Of a stretch of 64,000 nt of DNA, positions 56,499-64,000 are shown one piece after another (within the stretch, counting starts at the first letter, position 1; each line of letters opens with the position of its first letter). Source of the DNA: an uncultured Gemmatimonadaceae bacterium (GTDB lineage Bacteria; Gemmatimonadota; Gemmatimonadetes; Gemmatimonadales; Gemmatimonadaceae); assembly GCA_963761305.1 (NCBI GenBank), contig CAVXGK010000001.1:1-64000 (forward strand), in the 5' to 3' direction. The notes below the pieces were generated by a model. That model searched no databases. It saw only the letters and a list, made by a program, of their open reading frames with translations, and had not been told where the DNA came from. Position numbers and translations under genes: made by a program.

Positions 56499-56831
56499 AT
56501 GGCCGACAAATCGCAGGAGCTCGTTCCCGGCACGCTCGAGATGCTCATCCTCCGCACGCTCAGCCTCGGGCCCATGCACGGTTATGGGATTGCCCTACAC
56601 ATCGAGCGCACGTCCGCCGACGTGATTCGCGTCGAAAAGGGATCCCTCTACCCTGCCCTCGAACGCCTGCTCCGCGGCGGACATGTCACCGCGAAGTGGG
56701 GCACGTCGCCGACGGGCCGGCGCGCACGCTACTACACGATCACCGCAACGGGCCGGCGCAGCCTCGGCTCCGAGGTCTCCGCGTTCGAGTCGATGTACGC
56801 CGCGATCTCCCGTGTCCTCAAAACGACGTGA
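56499..56831 (+). CDS. PadR family transcriptional regulator (acidobacterial type)
   Basis: GTLEMLILRTL, PMHGYGI, GSLYPALERL, GRRARYYTIT--GR. Confidence 0.92.
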   Translation: MADKSQELVPGTLEMLILRTLSLGPMHGYGIALHIERTSADVIRVEKGSLYPALERLLRGGHVTAKWGTSPTGRRARYYTITATGRRSLGSEVSAFESMYAAISRVLKTT

Positions 56832-56837
56832 GGCCCA

Positions 56838-59522
56838 ATGTCTCTCTTCGATGCCCTTCGCCATCGAGTACGGAGCCTTCTGCACAGTGAGCTGGCCGAT
56901 CGCGAGCGCGCCGAGGAGTACGCGATCCATCAGCGACTTGCGCAGGAGCAGCGGACCTACGACCCCGCCTCCGCAAATGACTCTCGCTTGGCGGCACGCC
57001 GCGAGTTCGGCAACCCGACGTATATGAAGGAAGAGGCGCGCTGGATGGGCGCGACGCGTTGGGTCGACGTGACGCGACAGGATCTCCGCTACGCCTTCCG
57101 TGCGCTCCGTCGCTCCCCCGTTTTCACTCTCGTCGCGATCGGGTCGCTCGGCATCGGCATCGGCGCCAACTCGGCGATCTTCGGGATGGTTCATGCGTTG
57201 CTGCTTTCGAAATTGCCCGTGGCAAACCCCGACGCGCTTCGTCTGCTGACTCATTCGCCGGATGGGCTGACGCGGGCGTTCTTCGCAACGGGTGAGATCG
57301 AGGCGTTGACGGCCGGCGGGCAGGCCGATGTCGCGGTATTCGGGACGGTCCTGGGAGCCGACGGCGAGATCAACGGACTGCACGTCGGCGATCTCAATAT
57401 CGCCGCCGTTGACGGTGCATTCTTCCGCATCGCCGGCGTAGGCCTGGCCGCGGGCCGCGGCATCTCCCCCGCGGACGCGCAGAGCGCCGCCCAAGTCGCC
57501 GTCCTCTCGAGCGCGTCGGCAAATGCTCGCTATGGAAGCGCGCGCGAAGCGCTCGGCAAGATCGTCAAGCTCAACGACGTGCCCTTCACCATCGTGGGCG
57601 TGAGCAGCGCCGGATACGAGGGACTATTGCTTGGCGTCGACTACGCGATGGCGGTGCCGATGACGTCAGTGCCCGCACTGCAGCATCAGCCGGCCCAGCC
57701 GCGGCCGGATCTGTTCGTCATCGCGCGGCCGGGAGCCGATTCGATCCGGTTGCGATCGATGCTTCAGGCGACCTTCGCGCGCTGCTGCGCCGACGGCGCG
57801 CTCGCCCTCTCGATGCGGCGCCGGACGGGCGTCCAGCGCATCGGCTTTCTCGACATCAGTGGCGGCATCACCGACGGCAGGAAGTTCGATGTTCGCGCGC
57901 AGTATGGAAACGTTCTGCTCGCGCTCATGGGCGGTGTGGCCGTCCTTCTCTTGATCGCGTGCACCAACGTCGGCAACCTGCTCATGGCGCGCGCCGCCGC
58001 GCGAGCCCGCGAGTTGGCGGTTCGCCTTTCGCTCGGGGCGTCGCGAGGCCGGATCATTCGGCAGCTGCTCGCCGAGTCGTTCTTGCTGGCTGTGTTCGGA
58101 GCAGCCGCCGGAGTGTGCTTGGCGATCTGGGGTACCGCCGCCCTGTCGCGAAATCTCCCCGCTGGGTTGACCCCGCTCGCCCCCTTCGTCGCAACGCGAC
58201 CGAGTCTCACCATCTTCGCGTTCACCGCGGCAATCGCGCTCGCGTGCGGCCTCATTTTCGGCATCGCGCCCGCCGTCCGCGCGACGCACAGAGACGTCGT
58301 CGCGGCGCTTCGCGATCATCAAACCTCGGGGCGGCGTGTTCGCTTGCTCGACAAGGGCGCCGTGGCAATTCAGGTCGGACTCGCGCTGCTGCTGCTCACT
58401 TCCGCAGGCCTCCTGAGCGCGACACTCCGCCAGCTCACCGCCGCGGTCGGCGGGAGCCGTCCCGAGACGTTGCTCGTCGTGCAACTCGACTCACGCGACA
58501 CACCGCACAGCGACACGCTCTTGCAGGCGACTGTGCCGACTCTCCACGCCCGCTTCGGGGCGATGCCGGCCGTCAAGTCGGTCGCGGAGTCGTTCGTGGT
58601 TCCGCTCATTTACGGGGGAGTGCCGACCAAGACTCTCGACGCCCCGGGTTCCGAGAGCGCATCCGACGACCAAGTGGAGGTCGGAAGCTTCACCGTGGCG
58701 CCGCGCTACTTCGAGACGCTCGGGATCTCGCTCCTCGCCGGCCGGGATTTCAACGACCAGGACGTCATCGGAACGCCGCGCGTCGCGGTGATCAGCCAGC
58801 GTCTCGCGCACGATTTCTTTTTCGGCAAGAACCCCATTGGCCAGTCGATTGGGTTCCGCGGCGAGGACGGCGGACGCGATGTGACGATCGTCGGCGTCGT
58901 CGCCGACGCAAAGCAATCGGACCTTCGCTCGCCGGCGCCGAGCACGGCCTATCTCGCGCGCAAACAGTGGCCCACCATCACTGATCGCGCCGTGTTCGCA
59001 ATTCGTACGACGGTGCCGGCCTCGCAACTCGTCGCGCCCGCGCGCGCGATCGTTCTTGGCGAGCTGCCGAAGATCCGAATTCGCGACGTGGTTCCAATGA
59101 GCGATCTGCTCGCCGAAACGGTCGGACGAGAGAGCGCGCTCGCGTCGTTGTCGGTGACATTCAGCGTCATCGCGCTGCTGCTCGCGGCCATCGGACTGTA
59201 TGGCGTGATGGCGTTTCAGGTCTCCGCGCGCACGCGCGAGATCGGCGTCCGCATGGCACTCGGCGCGGGCCGAATTCAAGTGGTGCGAATGGTGATCGGC
59301 CAAGCGCTCGGGGTGATCGCTGTCGGGGTCCTGCTCGGCGTTCCGTTCGCGTTAGCTGGAGCGCGGTCGCTGCGCGCCCTGTTATATGGAATTACCCCGT
59401 TCGATCCTTGGCCGCTGGCGATCGGGTCGGCGATTCTAATCGTCGTCGGCGTTCTCGCCGCGCTCATCCCGTCGCGGAACGCGTCGCTCGTCGATCCCTT
59501 GGTCGCGATTCGGTGCGAGTAG
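56838..59522 (+). CDS. ADOP-type duplicated ABC permease
   Basis: AARREFGN, QDLRYAFRALRRSP, IACTNVGNLL, RTREIGVRMALGA, VDPLVAIRCE. Confidence 0.92.
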   Translation: MSLFDALRHRVRSLLHSELADRERAEEYAIHQRLAQEQRTYDPASANDSRLAARREFGNPTYMKEEARWMGATRWVDVTRQDLRYAFRALRRSPVFTLVAIGSLGIGIGANSAIFGMVHALLLSKLPVANPDALRLLTHSPDGLTRAFFATGEIEALTAGGQADVAVFGTVLGADGEINGLHVGDLNIAAVDGAFFRIAGVGLAAGRGISPADAQSAAQVAVLSSASANARYGSAREALGKIVKLNDVPFTIVGVSSAGYEGLLLGVDYAMAVPMTSVPALQHQPAQPRPDLFVIARPGADSIRLRSMLQATFARCCADGALALSMRRRTGVQRIGFLDISGGITDGRKFDVRAQYGNVLLALMGGVAVLLLIACTNVGNLLMARAAARARELAVRLSLGASRGRIIRQLLAESFLLAVFGAAAGVCLAIWGTAALSRNLPAGLTPLAPFVATRPSLTIFAFTAAIALACGLIFGIAPAVRATHRDVVAALRDHQTSGRRVRLLDKGAVAIQVGLALLLLTSAGLLSATLRQLTAAVGGSRPETLLVVQLDSRDTPHSDTLLQATVPTLHARFGAMPAVKSVAESFVVPLIYGGVPTKTLDAPGSESASDDQVEVGSFTVAPRYFETLGISLLAGRDFNDQDVIGTPRVAVISQRLAHDFFFGKNPIGQSIGFRGEDGGRDVTIVGVVADAKQSDLRSPAPSTAYLARKQWPTITDRAVFAIRTTVPASQLVAPARAIVLGELPKIRIRDVVPMSDLLAETVGRESALASLSVTFSVIALLLAAIGLYGVMAFQVSARTREIGVRMALGAGRIQVVRMVIGQALGVIAVGVLLGVPFALAGARSLRALLYGITPFDPWPLAIGSAILIVVGVLAALIPSRNASLVDPLVAIRCE

Positions 59523-59739
59523 GCCTCGGAATGACACTCAAGGGAGCGGGGGTAGCCCTGCTCATCAGTCGGGCGCGGCGGAGGAACGCGGAACACGCCA
59601 CGCCGATGAGGCAGGAGATTCAGTCCCACGCCGCCAAGGCGAGAGGTCGGCCGCTCACGCCGATCCGGCGTGTCGGTACCCGTTGCGAGAAGCAGAGGCA
59701 CGGTCACCGCGAACCGCTAAGTCGTTGCGGACCTTTAGG

Positions 59740-59909
59740 TAGGCATGAGAAAGCCGTGAACGACCGATCTCGCGATTATCAGCTGTGCAAACCACAGCCG
59801 AAAGTCCGGCAAGCGGCCAGTTAACCCAGCAGAAGCCACTACGAACGTACTAAACCAGGGCGCTTTTAGCCGGACTTTTGGCACAACGGGTACCGCAATG
59901 GGTACCTGC
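59740..59909 (-). repeat. Degenerate tRNA-Ile 3' fragment plus arm region; direct repeat of 56128-56297
   Basis: TAGGCATGAGAAAGCCGTGAACGACCGATCTCGCGATTATCAG then CTGTGCAAACCACAGCCGAAAGTCCGGCAAGCGGCC... Confidence 0.85.
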
Positions 59910-60208
59910 GCGCGACGTTTAGGGGCTTGCTTGCCCGGCAGGCACTCCCACAGTGTCAGCCAATGCTCCTATACGGCCCCTGGGGCATCAAAACGCTTGC
60001 GGGGTACCCAAGTAGGCCTTTCGGGCTGTTTAGAGCCCTTTCATGCCAGTTTTCAGAAAGGCCGCAAAGCCCTTCCCTGAAACGCGCGCGCCCGTGCGCG
60101 CTAACACCTTTGGCCTATTGGCGCCCATTTCTATGCCCCGACGCGCCCGGCTGAGCGCCCAGTTGGCGTTTCCGGCCGGCAACTACAACGTCCGCCGGCG
60201 GTCTTCTG

Positions 60209-60499
60209 ATGCGCCGAAGCATCTGGTTGTGCGCCAACCACGCGTCCGAGCCGCGAGGGCAGGCGGTCCAACATCTGTGGCCTGCCCTTCGCGGCGCCGC
60301 AGGCATTCCCAGCGGCGAGCGGTATGGGTGGCACTCGTTTCGGCGCGCATTTGCAAACGCGCTCCGCGACGTTCCGCTTCGTGGGTTGAAGGACTTGGGG
60401 GGCTGGAAGAACCAGGCCACCGTTGTCGCCGTGTACTTGCGGCCGGACGAAAATGCCCAACGCACCGCGCTGGCCAAATTGGCCACCGGTACCCGTTAG
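60209..60499 (+). pseudogene. C-terminal remnant of a tyrosine recombinase/integrase
   Basis: AAGIP...YGWHSFRRAFA (HxxR), LKDLGGWK, VVAVY (catalytic Tyr position); ends 75 bp from the tRNA 3' end. Confidence 0.75.
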
Positions 60500-60573
60500 T
60501 GGGCCGTTTGGTACCCGTTGGTTGGTGGGTAGCAAAACGCCGCGAAGCAGCTAAGTGCTTGCGGCGCTTACAG

Positions 60574-60647
<74 letters not shown>

Positions 60648-60721
60648 TTACGGGCAATTAAGAAACAAAAAGCTAGTCGCTATCCCGACCTCGGTCAATC
60701 AGAACGCGCGCGGCATTCCTC

Positions 60722-61297
60722 TCATTCGAGCGGCGCGATCGCGAGTGGGCGCTCTCCCCGACGCATGCGATCCCAGTTCGCGAGAAGCTCACCGCGATTC
60801 GCGTCTCGCCATTCATAGAGCAACGAGAGCCGATGCGGTGGAAATGAGCCGCTCAATCCATCCCCCCCGATTTCCATCGAGATCGATTGCCCGCCGTACC
60901 GCGCGTGAAAATGGGGGCGCGCGTGGTCCACGTAGTACATCGAAATGACAATACCGAAGAAACGGCTGATCTCGGGCACGCCCTCACGTTGTCGGAGAGC
61001 TGCCCACGACTCGGCATCATTCGATTGCGCGTGTGTTCCTTTGGCCGCCGCGACCAAACCATGCAGCGATTCGGGAGACCAGTCCGCACCATTGGGCCAC
61101 GCCAATGAACCCGAGACGAGGCGAACGCGGGCGAACAACGTTGCGTCGTGCAACGGTGTGAGCATGGGGCCGTCGAGCTCAGCGAGGCGAGGTGCGAAAT
61201 CGACTTCACCCTCGAGGCCGTCGCTGAACCGAAGCCACAACACGTGACCGCGCACGTGCCGCACCGAGAGAACTCGCGGAGGGGAGAATCCGAGCAT
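60722..61297 (-). CDS. DUF2442-DUF4160 fusion (toxin-antitoxin-like)
   Basis: N-half LWLRFSDGLEGEVDF...FARVRL--GSLAWPNGADWSPESL; C-half PEISRFFGIVISMYYVDHARPHFHARYG...ELLANW...IAPLE. Confidence 0.8.
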   Translation of the reverse strand: MLGFSPPRVLSVRHVRGHVLWLRFSDGLEGEVDFAPRLAELDGPMLTPLHDATLFARVRLVSGSLAWPNGADWSPESLHGLVAAAKGTHAQSNDAESWAALRQREGVPEISRFFGIVISMYYVDHARPHFHARYGGQSISMEIGGDGLSGSFPPHRLSLLYEWRDANRGELLANWDRMRRGERPLAIAPLE

Positions 61298-61338
61298 GTC
61301 GTCGACGGCGAAGGACCAACCCGAAACTAACGGATTCT

Positions 61339-61428
61339 CGCCGTTCGTTACCCTCGCTGTTCGTTCCCTTCGCCGTTCGTTCCCTTCGCCGCTCGTCCCC
61401 TTCGCCGTTCGTTCCCTTCGCCGTTCGT
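61339..61428. repeat. 16-nt tandem repeat (TCGCCGTTCGTTCCCT) overlapping the 3' end of the PRTase gene
   Basis: About 5 units. Confidence 0.85.
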
Positions 61429-62070
61429 AGTTCCCAGCAGCCGTTTCACTTCGTCATCGGTCGTCTCTGAGAAGTCCTCGTACCACACGCCGACGGCGAA
61501 GAACGGCTGCGGCGTGAACGCGCAGATGATGTCGTCGGTCGCTTCGGCGACGAAATCGCAGATCTCGGGTGCGGCGACGGGAACGGCGACGACGATCTGC
61601 GCCGGGTTCGCGCCGCGCAGCGCCGACACCGCGGCGCGCATGCTCGCTCCCGTCGCCAGTCCGTCGTCGACCACGATGACTGTTTTTCCGGCGACGTCGG
61701 GAAGCGGACGATCCTCGCGGTACTCGTGCTCCTGGCGCTCCAACTCCGCTTGCTCGCTCGTCGTGAGGTCGTCGACCAAATCCGGCGCGACGCCGAACAG
61801 TTGCACGACTTCCTCGTTCACGAAGCGATAGCCGCCGCTCGCCAGCGCGCCGATCGCCAACTCCTCGTGCCCGGGCACGCGCAGCTTGCGCACCAGAAAC
61901 ACGTCGAGCGGCGCACCGAGTGCTTTGGCAACCTCGTAGGCGACGGGAACACCGCCGCGCGAGAGTCCCAGCACGACGAGATCGTCGCGGCCGCGGTAGC
62001 GGTCCAGTTCTTCAGCCAAGCGGCGGCCGGCGTCCGCTCGATCGTGAAAGGCCCATCTCACCGCGGTCAT
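61348..62070 (-). CDS. Phosphoribosyltransferase family protein
   Basis: FHDRADAGRRLA, RGGVPVA, VIVVDDGLATGASM, VAVPVA, WYEDF. Confidence 0.9.
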   Translation of the reverse strand: MTAVRWAFHDRADAGRRLAEELDRYRGRDDLVVLGLSRGGVPVAYEVAKALGAPLDVFLVRKLRVPGHEELAIGALASGGYRFVNEEVVQLFGVAPDLVDDLTTSEQAELERQEHEYREDRPLPDVAGKTVIVVDDGLATGASMRAAVSALRGANPAQIVVAVPVAAPEICDFVAEATDDIICAFTPQPFFAVGVWYEDFSETTDDEVKRLLGTTNGEGNERRRGRAAKGTNGEGNEQRG

Positions 62071-62759
62071 GGCTGCGATCCGGGAGCGGAGCCGGGCGCG
62101 AGCACATGGAGGTTGCGCGTGAACCAGTCACGCGCCAGCGCCGCGACGTGGGCGAGCGCGCCGGGCTCCTCGAACAGATGCGTCGCGCCCGGGACGATCT
62201 CGAGTTTGACCGGTGCGTTCATGTACGACATGGCGCGTTGATTCAGATCGATCACGGCCTCGTCGCGGCCGCCGACGATGAGCAGCGTCGGCGCCTTGAC
62301 GTTCGGGAGATCGACGCGAGCGAGATCCGGCCGTCCGCCGCGCGATACGACGGCGCCGACACGATCGGGCAAACGCGCCGCGGCGACGAGCGCGGCCGCG
62401 GCGCCCGTGCTGGCGCCGAACACGCCCAGGGCCAGATCGCGCGTCTCGGGCTCCCAGCCGAGCCAATCGATCGCGCCGACGAGGCGGGCGGCGAGAAGGC
62501 CTATGTCGAAACGGAGCTCGCCGGTTTGGAGGTCGACCACGTCCTCGCGCTCGGTGAACAGATCCATGAGCAGCGTGCCGAGTCCGCCGGCGTGCAACTC
62601 GTCCGCGACGAACCGATTGCGCGGACTGCGGCGGCTGCTTCCGCTGCCGTGGGCGAACACGACGATCGCGCGCGCGCGATCCGGCAGGGTCAACGTGGCG
62701 TCGAGCGACACGTCGTCGAGCGCAATCAAGGCCTCGCGCTGAGTGCCCGCGCTCGCCAC
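62067..62759 (-). CDS. Dienelactone-hydrolase-like alpha/beta hydrolase
   Basis: VFAHGSGSSRRSPRN, FGASTGAAAAL, VSRGGRPDL, LLIVGGRD, GATHLFEEPG. Confidence 0.88.
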   Translation of the reverse strand: MASAGTQREALIALDDVSLDATLTLPDRARAIVVFAHGSGSSRRSPRNRFVADELHAGGLGTLLMDLFTEREDVVDLQTGELRFDIGLLAARLVGAIDWLGWEPETRDLALGVFGASTGAAAALVAAARLPDRVGAVVSRGGRPDLARVDLPNVKAPTLLIVGGRDEAVIDLNQRAMSYMNAPVKLEIVPGATHLFEEPGALAHVAALARDWFTRNLHVLAPGSAPGSQP

Positions 62760-62902
62760 GGATGACGGCGCGTCGTCTCTCGCTGGGATGTGATCATGGC
62801 GGGGCACGCAGCCTCCGGCGTGTTGGTGCCGACGGCGTTGCGCGCAACTTTCGATCCGCGCGCCCCCGCCGAGCGCGAGGCGCACTGATCGGTCGGAGCT
62901 CG

Positions 62903-64000
62903 CTACCTGCGCTGGTTCAGGAGATCCAACACGTCGAAGGCCTGCGAGATCTGGATCGCGAGCGCGTGTCCTCCCTCGCCGCGGAAACCGGTGCCCGGTT
63001 TCACCCACCAGCGATCGCCTCTGACCGACGCTTTGATCAGCGTGTTCCGCGTGACGCGATAGCCGCCGCCGAATTCGCCGTCCACGAAGTCGGTGAGCCG
63101 ATCGGAGTATGAGCCGCCGGCCGTCGTCGACGCGCGAATGAAAGGATACTTATTGCGCTCCGCGCGCACGGCGAGGAAGAAACGCGGAGTAAAGGTGTAC
63201 TTCACCTCGCCGTAGTACGTGTAGCCGGTGATCGACCCGCGGTCGGGGATGTCGTACGTGCCCCGCGCCGCCTCGGCGTGCGTCTCGAGGTAGCCGTGCG
63301 AGTACGACGCGTCGAGCGCGGCGACACGCTGATGGAAGTCGGACCAGCTCGTGCCCGCGGGCACCGACGGCGCGTCGTCCTTGTTGAGGTAGGGACCGAC
63401 GGTGAACGATCCGCCGAGGCGCAGTCCGACGAGCGGCGTGATGCCGCCGCCGACCGCCGGACGCAACGTCGCGGTCGGGTCGGGCTGGTAGCCGACGTGC
63501 GTCGTCGGGAGCGAGACCATGGCCGCGCGATAGTCGAAGATCCCGACATTGCCGGAGACTTTCGCGCCGATCGGATATTGCAGCGTGTACCCGTCGGGCA
63601 TTCCGATGAGCGGATTGCGGGTCGAGAAATGGCGCGGCGCGAACGTACCGATGACCGGCGTCATCTTGCCGACATCAACGACGAACGCGGGCGTCGTCGC
63701 ATAGCGAAGGCCGAGCTGATTCGCGTACACCGTCGTGCCCCGGTCGGAGCGCGCCGGTCCGCCTTCGCCGGCGCCTTCCGCATACACGACGAGGCCGTTG
63801 AAGATCTCGTACGCGCCCCACAGCTCGATGCGACCGAGCCCCGCGGGCCGGCCCTCGTTGCGGGTGAGTAGGTTCGACGAGTTGCTCGTCGACCACGCCT
63901 CACCGTCGACGATGCCCTGAACGAGAAGTCCGCCTTGGGCACCGGCCGGAGAGATCGCCATCACGATCAGGGCCAGCGCGCAAAGAAACAGGTGGACGGG
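62903..64000 (-). CDS. Putative outer-membrane beta-barrel protein (start probably beyond the window)
   Basis: Signal-peptide-like segment at the window edge; alternating amphipathic strands, NPLIGMPDGY. Confidence 0.6.
   Translation of the reverse strand, partial: PVHLFLCALALIVMAISPAGAQGGLLVQGIVDGEAWSTSNSSNLLTRNEGRPAGLGRIELWGAYEIFNGLVVYAEGAGEGGPARSDRGTTVYANQLGLRYATTPAFVVDVGKMTPVIGTFAPRHFSTRNPLIGMPDGYTLQYPIGAKVSGNVGIFDYRAAMVSLPTTHVGYQPDPTATLRPAVGGGITPLVGLRLGGSFTVGPYLNKDDAPSVPAGTSWSDFHQRVAALDASYSHGYLETHAEAARGTYDIPDRGSITGYTYYGEVKYTFTPRFFLAVRAERNKYPFIRASTTAGGSYSDRLTDFVDGEFGGGYRVTRNTLIKASVRGDRWWVKPGTGFRGEGGHALAIQISQAFDVLDLLNQRR

Noticed and set aside
53143..59782. Additional tRNA-Ile genes
   Set aside because: The copies stop just past the anticodon loop and lack the D-arm and 5' acceptor strand, so they are att remnants

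Overview
High-GC bacterial window made of two unlike parts. Bases 1 to ~10,900 look actinobacterial: a sugar ABC transporter with a GH4 glycosidase, glpD, glpK, a PPOX-class protein and a class III cyclase-AAA ATPase. This part is dense in single-base frameshifts, most likely long-read errors. At ~10,903 the AAA ATPase breaks off into the middle of an unrelated methyltransferase. The rest looks Gemmatimonadota-like (inferred from gene content): a decayed surface-glycosylation cluster, a type IV pilin, SusC/SusD, topoisomerase IB, a four-helix-bundle gene, tandem GNAT paralogs, heme oxygenase plus bacteriophytochrome, a HEAT/HD-GYP pair, peptidases and two ADOP-type permeases. Four things stand out. 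(1) tRNA-Ile(GAT) at 60574-60647 is followed by four more copies of its 3' half. Each copy has a terminator-like hairpin, and most share putative integrase arm motifs. They delimit four very small elements carrying 0-2 cargo genes and only integrase remnants, like a tRNA-anchored cassette array. (2) Two adjacent ~170-215 bp segments bounded by related long inverted repeats lie upstream of the pilin and its sigma-54-like promoter. (3) 7/8/16-nt tandem repeats recur, sometimes as inverted arrays around a four-helix-bundle gene or an empty core. (4) A DUF2442-DUF4160 single-ORF fusion sits beside the tRNA. All product calls come from motif recognition by eye, not database searches.
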